Assembly (NCBI GenBank): GCA_046563655.1
Contig: CM102288.1
Coordinates: 4,898,001 to 4,962,000, forward strand
Length of the DNA stretch: 64,000 nt
Origin: Yuukianura sp. NJ FZ-2021
Taxonomy: Eukaryota
Direction of reading: 5' to 3'
Below the pieces are notes generated by a model. The model had not been told where the DNA came from, searched no databases, and was given only the letters and a program-made list of their open reading frames with translations. The position numbers and the translations under genes are program-made. This document shows, piece after piece, positions 39,301 to 53,700 of this stretch (position 1 is the stretch's first letter; every line of letters begins with the position of its first letter).

Positions 39301-42300
39301 CCGCCGACAGAGAAAGTGGCAAGAATGCTAAGGATGATGAAGATGTACGGTTGTGGTGTTAATTAAATTTTGGTTTACCCCAGCCCAGGATGACGTAGAG
39401 TGTGATTGCAGAAGAGTCAGAGAATGGCGCCAAGAAAATCAAATTGTGGAGGTAGAGGCCCTCCATCAGAATCCAAGTGTAGTTGGCCACCAGAAAATAC
39501 TCCCAGATGCTAGTCACTAATTTACACTCCCAATTCTGAAATTTCAAAAGCAACATTTCAAAAACACAGTTCCAAGAACTTTTTTTGTACTTTTTAATTA
39601 CGGATTGGTGATGTTTGAAAATGAGACTCTGATCAGAGTCGCCTTGTTGTACAGAATTAGAGAGTCCAATTCCCTCTACAAAGAGAACATGTTTGAGTAG
39701 AGATACAAATGCCCTGAGCATAAAGGACAGAAAAAGATGGATGTGCAGCGTGTTCCTGGGACAGCGCAACTTTCTAAAAACAGAAAAGAAAGAAAAGATT
39801 TGCATTAGTTGAACTTAGAGTTTGTCGGTGGTGGGGGAGGTGGTTCTCGAACCCAGCCTGGTGGCTCCATTGACTCAATTCCCACCGGAGTTTCCTCAAG
39901 CAAGCCAAACTTTCTCCGGGGACAAACACTTTCTCCTTTCTTTTTGTGGGAAAAGTCGTCGCCAAGTTCAAAATAACGAGGGAAGTGGATACCAGACTGA
40001 AGAAAAACGAAACGGAAACTTTACTTAAAAGTGACAGAGACAGAAAAGAGAAAAAAAACCCTCAACACAAGAGTCGATAGCCCTTGAGAATTCCTCTTTT
40101 TTTTCCAAAAAAACCTTGTGGTTGGTAGAAACCAAAAGTTTTATGATTAAAGGCTAACTCAATATCCTAACTTAATCTTAACCTCAACTGGTCCAAGGCA
40201 CAAGCCAATCAACGTTCAGGATTTTACTTAATGCAGGGATTTATAACCGCTGTGGACCTGAGTTAATAACCTTCAATCTCTGCCTGCGGTGAAAGTAAAA
40301 GTAGGCACTTTTGGTTTAGTTTAATATCCTAAGTATTAAGAGCGGCACAAACTTAACCTAAAAAATTTGGTTTTAGGCTTAATTTCACGTTAGATTGGAA
40401 CCAACCGAACCATATCTTTTGTAAGACATCTTGCAAGAGAAAACACTTAACCTTTCTCATGTTGGTTGAGATGAGCAAAACGAAGCGAGAAAGTCGTATT
40501 GCCACGACGGATAAAACCACCCGCAGGCTGGCAACAAAGCTTTTTAATTTAAACCAAAACCGTGTTTCAACGAAAGCCTTCAAAAAGAAAAAAAAGGCTC
40601 AATCCTTTAAAAAAAAAAGTATGCAAAATTTTTCTAAATAAAGATGCTGAGAGTGAAAACTTCTGTTGAGGAATTCTCACACAAGATAAACTGTTATGAG
40701 GAAAATAAGAACCTCACTGTACACCGTAGTCCAAATTTACTAAGGACCGCAGATCCTTAAACTTTATCCACACCGATGAAGTAACTAACCAAAATTTTTG
40801 AAACATTCTGTACTTTCATTTTCTTTGACTTTACCTCTCAAATGTTATTCTTCATTATTTTATATTTTTACAGTTTTCTTTGCCCTTCCTAACCTCGCCT
40901 AAACCTAATAACATTTCATTAAAGCAAAGTCTTCAACATAGGAAGTATAACCTAAGGAAATTGGAAATTACGATTTTTTGTTCCATGTTTGATGAAATTT
41001 TATCTTTTTTTTTATTTTTAGGACACTAGTGAAACCGTGTGGGTTGACAAGTAAAAAAAGCAGTAAATCAGGAAAAGGAAAGGCGTAGACTAAGTGCCTC
41101 TTTTGCAATTCAAAGCCTCTTCTCCTTCCGCTTCCAACCTGCAGGCGAAAAGTGGTTAAAGTATGGCGGAAACGGAAGAGGAGGAGGATGGTACAGGAAT
41201 TTAACAAAGAAGATTAGATTTCCTATCACTTTCACCAGGAAAGCAGCAGGTTTCCAAATGATAAGTGGACCCAAACGCTTTCACTTTCGACACAACTGAA
41301 TCTTACAAAGGAAAGAAATTCGTCTTGAAATCCTATTTTCGATTTTAGGTTTTCAATAAGTCTATGGATTTTAGGTTTTTGCTTGAGCACTAGAATAGTT
41401 TAGGATAATTTATTCTATCCAAAAACCTCAGACAACTTTCACTCTACTTCCGTTCTAATTTCGAGAATGAATCATTCTCGAAATTGGGATTACATCATTC
41501 TGATTGATGTACAGTTTCGATAATTGTAGTTTCACTAGCTCGCAAAGACAACCTGACCCGACGTTCCTGCGTTTATCATTTTTTGAGATTTTCTACTTCT
41601 CTAGTGTCTGTTAGAACGTTTTCATTGTTCCGTTTTACCATTTTAGTGGCGAAATCGAGTGGCACACAAAATCTACAGCTTTGTGGTTCTAAGAGGTTTT
41701 GAAAGTTAGTTGGATGTTGTGTAACTTTTTGAAATGTTTTGGTTGAAGCCTTTCTTTTAGTAATTTAAAATTTGGGAATGTAGGAGACATTGTTTGAGAA
41801 AATTGTTTTAGAAATGCATTAGAAATAATTGAGTAGGCAGCATCCAGACTGCAGCCATTATGTAGCACTCCAAGGAAAGTTAACTGACAAAGCACAGTTG
41901 CCTAACTTGGAATTTCTTGGATAAAATGCTATTGTATCCCGTAGCCTAACGAACGAGACATGGCATTAGATTAGGTTTTATAACCTAACCAGAAGGTTCA
42001 CAACCTAACCAACTCCACTCAAGGATCACTGAAGTGAAACAATCTTAACTTCCAACGCTTTTTGTCAATGTCAGTTCCCTCTTACTAAAGTATGCTTTTA
42101 CGTCAACTTAATTAACTAACATGAATGTGGTCCAAAAAGTAACTTTTCATGAAACCCTGACAGTATTTCCTCAATGGAATTTCAGTTGTTGCCTTGAATG
42201 TGTGTGATTTTTCTCGAAGTTTAGAGATTTTCCTTAAAAGTAAAATAGACAAATGTTTAATTTTATACCAAAAGTGTAGAAAATGATGTTAGAAGTAGAG

Positions 42301-45300
42301 TTGAATAAAACGTTGAAGTGTTTTGTTTAGTGAGAAAATGAGAGCGGAGATAATGGAATTGAAATGGGTAGTTTCAACGGCATTGTGTTCAAACATGTTC
42401 AAATGGACTCGTGTTGTTCTAAATCCAACTCTCTCCCTGCTATTTGGCTTTTCTTTAGAACAGTTTTTATTACATTACGCATTAAATCGGATTTGAAGCT
42501 GATCCAAAACATTTGAACTTACTTGATTGAGATCAAGATGAAGAAAGCGAGCAGAAGCGTCACAAAGGAAATGCCGTAACCAACTTGCGAAATTTTTTTG
42601 ATCACGGGAATCCATTCCTACAACAATCACAGCTTAGTTGAATAATTAGTTGAATTAGTTAATATTAGCATCTTAATTAATTAATTCAATTAAAGTTTAG
42701 TTTAAGTAGTAATATTTCAGTACCTGTAGAATGCTGGGTTCAAGACATTTGGAATAATCCGTCCAAGTGCTATTTTTATCTGGGTGAAAGTACCAGTGCC
42801 CTTCTGGTGTACAAAATTTTGAAGCTGATGCCTAAAAAATTAAGGAAAAAAATTGTTGGAATTTGAAAAAAAAAAACTTTGGCAGTTGGAACCCGAGATG
42901 ACAACTTTGACATTTTTATCCTTTGTTTCTTTTTGATTGCGTAGATTTGTAATTAAAAATAAGTAACCCCTTATTATTTTTTGGCGCGATTTCTACTTAG
43001 AGAGTGAAAGCACCAAGGGAGTTTAGAAAATTAAAGTTTTTTGACATTGAAGGAACTCCTAGCCATTCTGCTCTTTTCCCTGTTCATTAAAATTGGACTT
43101 TTTTGTGCGAGATTTCGCTAGATTGTTACCAAAAACTGCTCAACTTCTTTCTTTTTCTATTTTTTGCACTCCGAGAGCGTCGTCGTCATAATTAATCAAA
43201 TGGAGAAAAATTCCCGGGAGGAATGGGCAGAAAACTAACGACACGGTTGAAGATGACGACCCGCAGGCATGCAATCTTTATATGACGACATCATCAAACT
43301 CTAAGCGAAATTCTTCCATATTACCAAAATTTCAGTTTCTCACGCTCACTATCAAACAGTTTTTCTTTATTTCAGAAATTTTTAAATTTGAATAACTACA
43401 CACCAAACTTGCAAAATACCCGACTAAAACACTAAAAAAAATTAAGCTCAATGCTGCTTAATAATAACTATGTACATATGCAACTAGCAAAGTTTGAAGT
43501 TCGTTTGAATTAGTCGTGTTCTATTTTTCAGTGGCATCATTAATTTTCAAAGTTCGAAAACATTGTTCAAAGTTATTTCAAAGCAGAATGTGAATGTATT
43601 ATTCGACTAACTTCTACAATTAAACTCAAAGGCAAACAACGACGATTGAGATAAAGTGTTCATCTGAAAGTTAAGTCGTTTTGATTAATCAAAATTCACT
43701 GCTCAGGTCATAAATTTTTTGCTATAGACTTTCATATCGTGTTGTAACATAAGTGTTCTAACTTATCTTTAGCATGGGCACTGCACAACCTGACCAAAAG
43801 GCTACAAAGTAAAGTGACAAAAAAATTATTCACAACTTTTTTACTGCGGCCAATTCCAAGTTGTGCTGACTATTGTGTACTCTTTCCATTGTTCTTCACT
43901 TCAAAGTTTTTTTTGATGTTACTTCAATTTGGAATTCACATTTTATCTTTGCTTGTGTATAATTTTTTGTATCTGAAACGAGACAAGGCCGAAAAGCCCT
44001 CAGTTAATAAGTGCCCACTTAATTTTAGTTCACATTCTTAGTTAAAGTTTCATTCGTGATGACACGCACATCTGGTGACCAGATTCTGGTCTAAACGCTG
44101 TGTTAATATTGCAAGGCTTTGGAACTTTGTCAGTCGAATTTTGTCATTTCACTGCGCAGAAGTCATCCGAAAGTTCTGATCATGAAGCCGGCTAATCTGA
44201 GTTTGACCTTGACCTTGGTTGGTCAACTGCTGTTTCAAGCAGGTCACAGTGCCAATATTTTATTCTTTTTCCAAGTGTCCACCTACTCTCATCGGATCAC
44301 TGTTTGGCCACTGGTAGAAGCCCTGGCAGACCGCGGTCACAATGTCACATTCCATACGATCTTTCACCCGAAAGAACCGAATCCCAAAGTTCGCGAATTT
44401 TTTCCAACTTCACTTCAAGCGAAAGTCGAAGCCCAAGTTGCAGAGAGAGCAAGTTTAATGGGAAACTTTCTTAACGTTAGAATCGAACAAGGACGAACCG
44501 GTACACAGAAAATGGCTGCGGGTTTACCGGAAGCCGGACTCGGTCTCTGCACAGAGTTTCTCAATGCTCCAGAAACTCAGGAGTTCATGGCCAACGAAAC
44601 CTTTGACCTTGTCGTCATCGATGCCCTTTTTAACGAATGTGGATATGGACTTGCGCATAGATTTGGCGCCAAAAGTATAATTTTTGACACTACACATCCG
44701 TTTTCATGGGTGCAGGAAGCTATGGGCGTGGTAGAAGATACTTCGGTTTTTTCCGAATTCCACATTTCTTATGCCATCCCGATGAACTTTTTACAGAAGG
44801 TCATGTCAACTCTGATCATTCTAGGAATATACCAGTACAAAGTGTGGTTCTACTATCCACTACTAGATGACCTCTTCAGGTCAAAGTTCAACGACCCCGA
44901 GATGCCCGGTATTGCTGAACTGGAACAAAAAGCAAGTTTGGTGCTGTTCAATAGTCACTTTAGTGAGGAGGAAGCGAGGTCACTCCCGCCTGTTTTTGTG
45001 CCGGTTGGAGGACTACATTGCGCATGGGCCCAGGGCAAAACGATTGACAACAAAAGAGTGCCGCCTGTAAGCAAAAATTTGAAAATTCTGGCAGTTCAAA
45101 AATAATCTCAAAATTTTAAAGCCGAATTTTTACAAATGTGTAGGCAATTTCAAAATTTATAAAAGACGCGGGGAACAAGGGATTCATCTACGTTAGTTTT
45201 GGAAGTGAAGTTTTACTTGGTCCGTCACCGCCAGAATTTCAGGACATTTTTTACAAAGTTTTTGCGGAAATCGATTTACCGATTTTATGGAAGTGGGAAG

Positions 45301-48300
45301 GCCCCCGCCCTAAAAATATGCCAAAAAACGTTATGACGGCTGATTGGATGCCACAACAAGAAATTCTAGGTAAAATTCATTTTTTTTTTGTAAATTTCGA
45401 ACTTTTTTTTCAATATCAACAAAATTTTGAATTGACCCAGCATCAAAAAACTGTCGTGTGTTTATAACCCATGGTGGACTGTTGGGAATGCAAGAAGCCG
45501 TGTCCAGTGGCGTCCCGATGATTTCAATGCCGGTTTTTGCCGAACAAGACTATAATTCTTTTCGACTAGAACGAACTGGAAGGGGCATCAAAATTGAAGC
45601 AAGTACGCTGACAAAGCAAATTCTTCGTGACGCAATTCACAAAATTTTAACAGATCCGTCGTAAGTCCAGAAGTTGTTTGAAAATTATATTTGAAATTCG
45701 AAAAAAAAAGTTAAAGTATTTTTTGATTTAGTTACAAGAAAAACGTTGAAGAGGTTTCAAGGTTATTTAAAGACCGACCGCAGACACCTCTAGAGACGGC
45801 ACTGTACTGGACTCAGTACGTTCTTCGGAACAAAGACACTTCGGCGTTGCGACCTACGCATGCGCAGAAACTGTTCTGGTTCCAGCGCCGTCACCTTGAC
45901 ATATGGGCCTTCATTTTCATAGCTTTGTTCATAGTGTTGTTCATCATGTTCCGAATTAGTACGGGATTGTGGCACTGTTTCTTTCCCAAATCAAAAGCAA
46001 CACAGTCAAAACCAAAAGTCAAAAAGAATTAACCAAATTGTGTTTTAAAGATTTAAAAAAATGAGCGTGTTAATTAAAATTTTAGCTTTGACTAGTAGTA
46101 CAAGGTTAACAGGATCGTGCAGCAATACTCCCAACATTTTTACTTGAATCTTTTTCATGTCTAATTAACTCAACATTTAGTAACTAAAAAACGATTTACG
46201 TTGTTACAAAACATTCTTTTGCAAGTTGTTGCTTGCAAAAGGCATTTTTTCCCGAAATGCAACAATTTCCTTGTGATGTCTTAATCTCCTTAGTTAAGGC
46301 CGTTGTCCTTTGGCCAACTTTTGGCAAAGTAAATATTGTTATCAGTTTTAGTCGTTTTGCATTTTCAGTGTTCCACAGGTCTTCCAGCAGTAGCCGTCGA
46401 TTAGCCTTGTTTTGTCTTTTCCAAAAAAAAAAAAAACTGTGAAGTATTTTGAAGAGTTCCTTCTACTATTTCTTTTCCGTAAAATGGAACTTTGGAGATT
46501 TAGCACATTGGTGGTGCTGCTCTTTTGCGCTCATTCATCTGAGAGTGCCAATATCTTATTCTATTTTGGCGTGTCCACCTACAGTCATCGAATAATAGTT
46601 TGGCCTTTGGTTGAAACCTTGGCAGCCCGAGGTCACAATGTCACTTTTCTGTCACCCTATCCAACCAAGGAGCTCGATCCGAATCAGAATGTCACCGAAA
46701 TGGCTCCAACTGAACTTACAGACTTCATGACATTCTATTTAGGACAAGAGTCTGACATGATCCTGGAGCGGACAAAAGGAAACCACCGAGCCGTTTGGAA
46801 CTTGTTGCCATTTCTGGGTACCGAGTCGTGTAAAGTGTTTCTGGGCATTCCATGGGTTAAGGAGTGGATACACAAGAACCACTTTGACCTGGTTGTGATT
46901 GACGGGGTCAGCGGTGAATGCGGGATGGGGTTAGCCCATAAGTGGGGGTCAAGGGTCATGATTTACAAAACCAGCACAGTTTTCCCCTGGGAGTATGATC
47001 TTCTGGGGATTCCGGTCGAGTCGTCATGGATACCAGATCCAACGTACCATTTTGACCAAGACATGCCCTTCTGGAAGAGAGTGTTCAACAGTTGGTTACC
47101 AGTGTACAACTACTTGTACCACAGGTGAGTTACCGAATTTTTCCCAAACCACTTTAAAAACATAACCTTTTACGTAACATTAGGTGGGTATACCATCCAC
47201 AACTGGAGGCCATATTGAGAAGTGGACTGGACATGCCAAATATGCCACCAATGTATGACTTGTTTGGGAACGTGTCTCTGGTCCTCATGAATGCAGACTA
47301 CACAACGGACTATGCCAGGTCACTTCCACCATTGCATGTCCAGGTACCCGGAATGCTCATGTATGGTTCAAAGGTCAAACAGATTCCAGAGGTAAGCTCA
47401 ATGCTAACACAAAAATTTTATTCGCCAATATGATTCAATAAGGTTGGTAATGCCCAGAATAAACTTTTCAGGAAATGTTAAGGTTCGTTGAGTCCGCTGC
47501 CGACGGATTCATTTATTTCAGTTTCGGAACTGCAGGTAAATCTTTCTTTTTCACTCCAACCAAAATTTGAGCAAAATCTATGAAAATTCGGTACAAATTC
47601 TTCATTTCTAGTTCAAATTTCCAAAATGGAGCCAGCGACACAAAAGATTTTTTTCAACGCTTTTAGAAATTTAGCTCCGCTGAAGTTCCTTGTCAAGTAT
47701 GAGCTGGATCAACCCCCACCTGAAATGTCGCAGAACGTGTTTACGGCAAAATGGATGCCGCAGCAGTCGATTCTGCGTCATCCAAAATGTCGTGGATTCA
47801 TTACACACGGTGGCCTTGGCGGAATTCATGAAGCCGTAGCATACGGCGTCCCGTTGATAGTCATGCCGATCTTTGCTGATCAAGATTACAATGCAGAGAG
47901 AATTGCTAGAATTGGGCATGGAATTAAACTGGAAATCCTGACTCTGAAGCAATCGGAACTGGAGTCGGCCATTAAAAACATAACGCAAGATCCTAGGTAA
48001 CTTTGAAAAAGAAAAAACTGAGTTTGAAAAAAAAAATAAAAATTGAATTGGTTTTTAAGTTTCAAGGTCCGAAGTGATGAACTTTCAACTTCCCTCAAAG
48101 ATCGCCAAAATAATCCACTGGAAACTGCCGTTTGGTGGACAGAGAAGGTCCTGCGCAGTTCTACCTTTGACCTGTCGCTTCTGCGACCTCTTGGACGAAA
48201 TCAACAATTTTTTGTCCGAAGATCCCTTGACACTTTCCTGTTCATGTTCCTGCTTACACTTTCTCCTATTGTAATACTCATCCTTGTTCTAAAACGATTT

Positions 48301-50771
48301 TTAAACTGTACTAAAAAGCAACAAGAAGAACCGACTTCTCACAAGAACAACTCCAAAAAGGACAAGAAAATTTAAGGTGTACGGTCAAATCAAATTAGAG
48401 GATTAACCTTTCTTAAATGTTTTTCAAATGAGCAATTAAGTGTTAGTGCAATTGAGATTGAGTTAAATTGGCGTAAAAAAATTGTTGCGGAATTCTGAAA
48501 TTCCTTCTCTTAAAATATACGCTTCTTCAAATCAAGATATAATTTTTAACATTTCATTTTCCTTTTTAAACAAAACAAAAAGGTGAATAAACTTTGATTC
48601 TGTTGAATTATGGATTTGGTAAATCTGCAGTGAAGGATCTAGAGATGAAAAGCACAACACGTTTTAGAAGCAGTGTATTTTTCCATCTGCACTAGTATTG
48701 TAAATGTCTCAGTCCTCAGGAGATTTTAATCGAATTTCGACATTGACCTTTTGAAACAAAAATATTAAAATCTCTTCTAGGAAATTAGGTTTTTGTAAAG
48801 TTTTTCAAAATGTAAATTCACTTTCCAGATTCTGCTGACTCGTTCTGGTGACAATGAAGTGTTATTCCGACATTTCAGTTGGTTTCTTCATCTTTCATTG
48901 TTCAAATTTTGAATTTTTAAAAATTCAAGAAATTTTTAGAAAATTTAAACTAATATTTTCTGCGGAAGAAGTTGAGAAATAGTTTGTCAATTCAAGACAC
49001 GTAATACTCAAACTACTTTACTTTTAAAGCCAGGTAAAATCCTTGTGTTTAAAAAAACGAAAAACACACAAGGTTCTTCAAATAAGCCCTAAACCTGAAG
49101 TTCTTTGCAGATTTTTTTACTTGCCTCAAAAATCAACATTTCAACGAGCTAAAAATTTCGTCTCTCACGTTGTCTAAATGACAATTTGAAGAAAATGAAC
49201 ATCTTTCTGGGAGTCTTGAACGACTTCATGAAAGAATACAGCATTATTTCCGTATAGCCAAAAAAATCTTAATGTGTTCAAGATTCAAAAAGTGAATTTC
49301 AGAATTTCATATTCTAAATTTTGAAATTCCAGAGACACATGTCATGTTCTGTTTAGCGTTTAACTTTTTATGCTAAATTTTCTACTTAGAGATTCAAATC
49401 CAAAAGAGAGGGCTAAATTGGACAGAGATTTTCCAAAATAAAATTTCAAGGGTTTAAGGCCCAACGGAATTTCAGAAAACTACGACAGCAGAAAACTGCC
49501 GCAATGCATACTAATTTCTTTTCTTTTTTCAAAATCAAAAATCTAAAAAAAGAGGTACTTTTTTCGTCTTATTTTTTTTTCATTTTTGAAAACCATGTGA
49601 AGAAGGAGCGTGCGGTTGGTTATATGGTTTGAGAATGATGATGATGATGATCATTAGTGTGAAAACGAGCCCTGCTCATCTTCCCGATTTTCAGTCATTT
49701 TGAGCTCTTCTGGATTCATGAGAATCAGGCCAAGTCGAGCATTGTTTCCCGGGTTTTTCGAAATTTTGAAAATCTCGTTATTCTCCGCTAATGGTCACGT
49801 GCGTCGACATGGTCGTATATTAGTAACCTAATTAATTATGAATACGGATTCCAAACGGTAGCACGCCATTGGTCCGAAGCCTGTTGCTCCGAATGAATTG
49901 TCACGAAACCAATTGTTCCGAAACGTAAATTAATCTGAAAGACAAGTAGTTTGGAAACTGAATAAATTCACATAAATGTGATCAGCGTTACACAGGTTCT
50001 GTTAGTATACTACTATTTTTATAGAAATCTGGACTTTCGGAAAAATTTACTTATCGGAGAAATTGTTTTCGTGGCAAGTTATTTAGAGCAATGGCATCGT
50101 ATCCACCTAATTCCTTTTCTGCGCTTTCTCTTTTCCAGAAATTTTTTCTCATTTTCTGAAGGGAGTAACTATCGTTAGAACAGCTTTTTTAAAGTATCTT
50201 CTTCAGTCACAATGAGCCTACGCCTACTTTGCATAACTTTTTTTTTTAAACTTACGTTGAGGTTTAGCCCATGGACATAATTGGGACACGGTTGAGTGAA
50301 AGTGGATCCAGCAGGATGTCTCGGCCAGCACATCAACCCATCCCAAGTTGTTGGACAAAAACCTAAGATCAAAATTTCGAAAAACTTTAGCCCAAAATGA
50401 AAAGACATTGAAAAAATGCAGGCATAAAAAACTCAAGACTCAATTTTGTAGTTCTTGAAACTGTTCGTAGGCCCTAAGTGTTGACTTCGTTGGACAGGTT
50501 TCCACTCCGCTTTAACCTGCTTTCTCCGTTTTAATTCCTGTCAACATTTGTGTCGCTGTCACTCGATATCCGCTTCCTGTCACCATCAATTTCCTGGAAG
50601 CGGATGTCTCCTCGAGTCTTAATGCTCCGTCTTGTTCAAAATTCTAAAAGAATTGAAAACTAGAAACTTACCTTCTATCTCATCATGTCTTTCCTGGAGC
50701 ATCTTCTGCTCACATTCAATTTCTAGCTGAAATTGATGAAGCCGAAGGCTACTTTCTCCATCCTCTGTCAT
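36392..50771 (-). CDS. Parathyroid hormone receptor-like class B GPCR (invertebrate PTHR-like)
   Basis: Exons 50771-50672, 50362-50256, 42831-42724, 42617-42523, 39773-39602, 39535-39379, 38867-38737, 38051-37960 (or 37966), 37726-37582, 37253-37108, 36812-36392. A possible extra 5' MSCQ micro-exon lies near 51621-51610. Motifs [80 protein letters not shown]. Confidence 0.9.
38970..39177. mobile_element. 208-bp hAT (Ac/Ds-like) MITE in a PTHR-like intron
   Basis: TIR taggg(a/t)tgccgc; perfect 8-bp TSD gtttttac (38962-38969 / 39178-39185); repeated aaacgg/ccgttt motifs. Confidence 0.9.
44182..46032 (+). CDS. UDP-glycosyltransferase (about 543 aa), nested antisense in the PTHR-like intron
   Basis: Exons 44182-45066, 45144-45369, 45441-45660, 45732-46032. 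Signal peptide; STYSH catalytic His; FDLVVID; signature [36 protein letters not shown]-terminal TM and KVKKN. Confidence 0.95.
46484..48375 (+). CDS. UDP-glycosyltransferase (about 537 aa), second nested paralogue
   Basis: Exons 46484-47124, 47184-47391, 47472-47535, 47612-47996, 48060-48375. [51 protein letters not shown] and KKDKKI ER-retention tail. Confidence 0.95.
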
Positions 50772-53700
50772 CTGGAAAGCAATTAGGAAAAGTAGTTACA
50801 AACGACCAACTACAAATAAAATTGTTACAGTTTTACAAGGGAGACAGACGCGTGTAGGGTGTGTACGTGTACAAATTAAAATCGAGGCACGGAGATGTAA
50901 CATTCTGTGGGTTAAGTGTTGTGGTAAAAACACGCAATTGTGTTTTTATGGAATTTGGACAAGAGTAGGAGATGCAATTAAAACGGGAAGTTATTTCCTC
51001 CCAGATGGTTTCTAGTTTTAGTGGGCCAAGCAATCAGACTAAAATTAGAACACTCACATGCAACAATAAACCAAAATATTCCATTTCAAAATTTTGAAAA
51101 CAACCCAAAAAATATTTTCCAAACTATGTTTAGAAAGGAGGTAAATTTAAAAAATTAACATCGTAAATTAAAATTTTTTTACCATTACGTTATTTAAAAA
51201 GAGTGATTTTCCTACTAAATTTTTAAATGATGCAAAAGTTATGTTTTTAATTAAAGGTGAAAGTTTTCAAAATCCTAGAATTTGAGAATTTTCCTTTGAA
51301 ATGCAATTTTGCCAACTTGATTACTTCCTTATTGCGTCTTAAGTGAGAGGTCATTTGTTAGTTGAAGGATGTGGCCTTCAACCTTTTGACAAATTCATTC
51401 TAATTCATATTCCAACAACTTTGTAAGACCAAGGTAACACAAAACTAGAATTCATTCAAATCTTGTTTTCAAAAGTGTCTCTTTTCATCAAATCAAATTT
51501 TGAAAGACTTCCATTTTCTTTACCATTTTCAAATTCTATTCCATTTCCACAACCTAATGCAGACTTGAGTAAAATAGAACCGGAACAAACGAACTTCTAA
51601 GGACGTTACTTGGCAACTCATCTTGCGCAAGTCTTCGTCTTTTGAAGTGGTTTAGAGAGTTTGGTTGAGGAGGTGATTTTGCAAAATTGCGAAATTGCGA
51701 CGTGGTTAGCGAATGTTGCAGATGCGAGTGGCTTTTTTGAACCTTGTTTTCCTCGTGTTGAAGAAGAAGATGATCTCCGTAATGGAAACGTCGACTCTTC
51801 TTCCAGATCAGTACGTAAATCCTTTCAGTCGAAATTGTTCAAGAATCCTTTGACTCCCTGAGGTTTTTAACGGGGAAAAAAGAATGTTTACTTTGACAAT
51901 TTTTTCAATCCGCTCGTGATCCACTCAGAAGTCAAAAACTTTCTACTTCACTTTACCTTTGACATATCCTTCGGGAAAAATCAAATACGTTACTTTTTGA
52001 AGAAAATCCGAACTTTTTCTTCAGCCAATTTTCATTTTGTTGAAATTTACCTGCTCTGGGCTTGTTCTTGGTAGAGACGTATGGAAATGGAAATATTTCT
52101 CAACCCTTGTCGATGAACTTGTGTCAAACACAAGGTCAGCGGATGTTGACTGACGTGTAAAGAGCACAGACCGACAGATCGTTCCAAAAAACAATTCAAA
52201 ACAGACAAATAATGTTTCAAAATCTCTGTTTTTTTGAAATTCAGTTCCACAAACTCTTGTTTCATAAAAGTTTAGAAGAACAAAGATCGGAAACAGATGA
52301 AACAGAGATGAAGTTACAAAAAAAAGAGACTCAAATTGCTTCAAAAAACAAAAGCAACAAAATAATTGGACAAAAAGTTTGAGACAACTTGTGTTTACTG
52401 TTTTCCCTAATTAGTTGCAGTCACGTTTTGTAAACTAAACTAAACTTTGGAAACATGTAAACAACATAAGCAACTTTTATTGAGGTTTAAAAATTTGCAA
52501 ATTGGATAAAAAGTTTTGAAAACTTCAGCACTTTAGAAAAAAAAATGACACTATTAATTTTTTGAAATACAAAGCAATCCCACGCTTTCATGGAAAGAAA
52601 CTCTTCTTTTTTGTCAACAAGTAACAAAACGCAATAATGCTAAAGTTAGAGGAAGTTTTTTAGGTTGACCTTTGACCTTGAAAAACGAATCTTGATGTGA
52701 CCTGTGACCTGCCATTGGTGCTGCTGTTAGCTATTCAATTCTGTTTTGAACATGCCATTTACACTGAATTAGTTATGGAAGTGGGGATGAAGTGTAAAAG
52801 TTTTATGACACTTTTAATTCTGTCGCCGTCAGTTCCAAGGGACTAACAATTGCAAAATAGAAGCATAATAAAGTTTAGTATGAACTTACTTCTGAAGGAT
52901 TGAAATAATTTAGAGTGTATCCTACTCAGAAAAACAAATTACTTCTGGTTCTACGCTTTTACAAAACAACTTTTGACTCATTGCACAATTCATGAAAACA
53001 AACACTATGTTTGAACTTAAACGTCGCGTAACACTGAAAACTGCAGAATGTTTCCACTGAAATATCTAATTAAACTACACTAAAAAAAGTGTACCGAATT
53101 TACAAAATTTCAGTTTTCCGAAAAAGTTCTTCGTCGATTTCAGTTCCCCAGTCTCACACATTTCACAGTAAAATGTGTAACGCGCTTTAAATTTTTCTTC
53201 AGCTGATTCTGGATAATGAAATTTTTTGACGCAGGACTTTGCAACAATTTTTCTAAGAATTCTTCGCCTTTAGCGTAATTTTTCCTACGCCAAAATTCTT
53301 TTGCGTCACTCCAAGTTGTTTTGTCTCACTCCAACTTTTCTTCCTACACCGCAAGTCCCACTGGATTTTGATTTTTTCTGACTGTACAAAATGCACAAAA
53401 CGTGTGTGTGTGTCAGTGAGTCAATTTTCATTTTCTAACCACAGAATCCAGTAAAGTGCAAGGATTCATCCTCCTACGCCATTGGAAATCCAACGACATT
53501 TATTTCCCAGAAAATAAAAACTCACAAATTTGCACCAAGGATACAACGAACCCACATTTTTTTTTCATTCAATTTCTTTTTGCTAATTTAATTGACACTT
53601 TTTTTCATTGAAAAAATGTTGAATTCAATGAAAAGGTTAACCACGAAGTAAGTGAGTGGTAAGAAAGAAATAAAAGTTTCACAGTTTTATTTCCTTTCAC

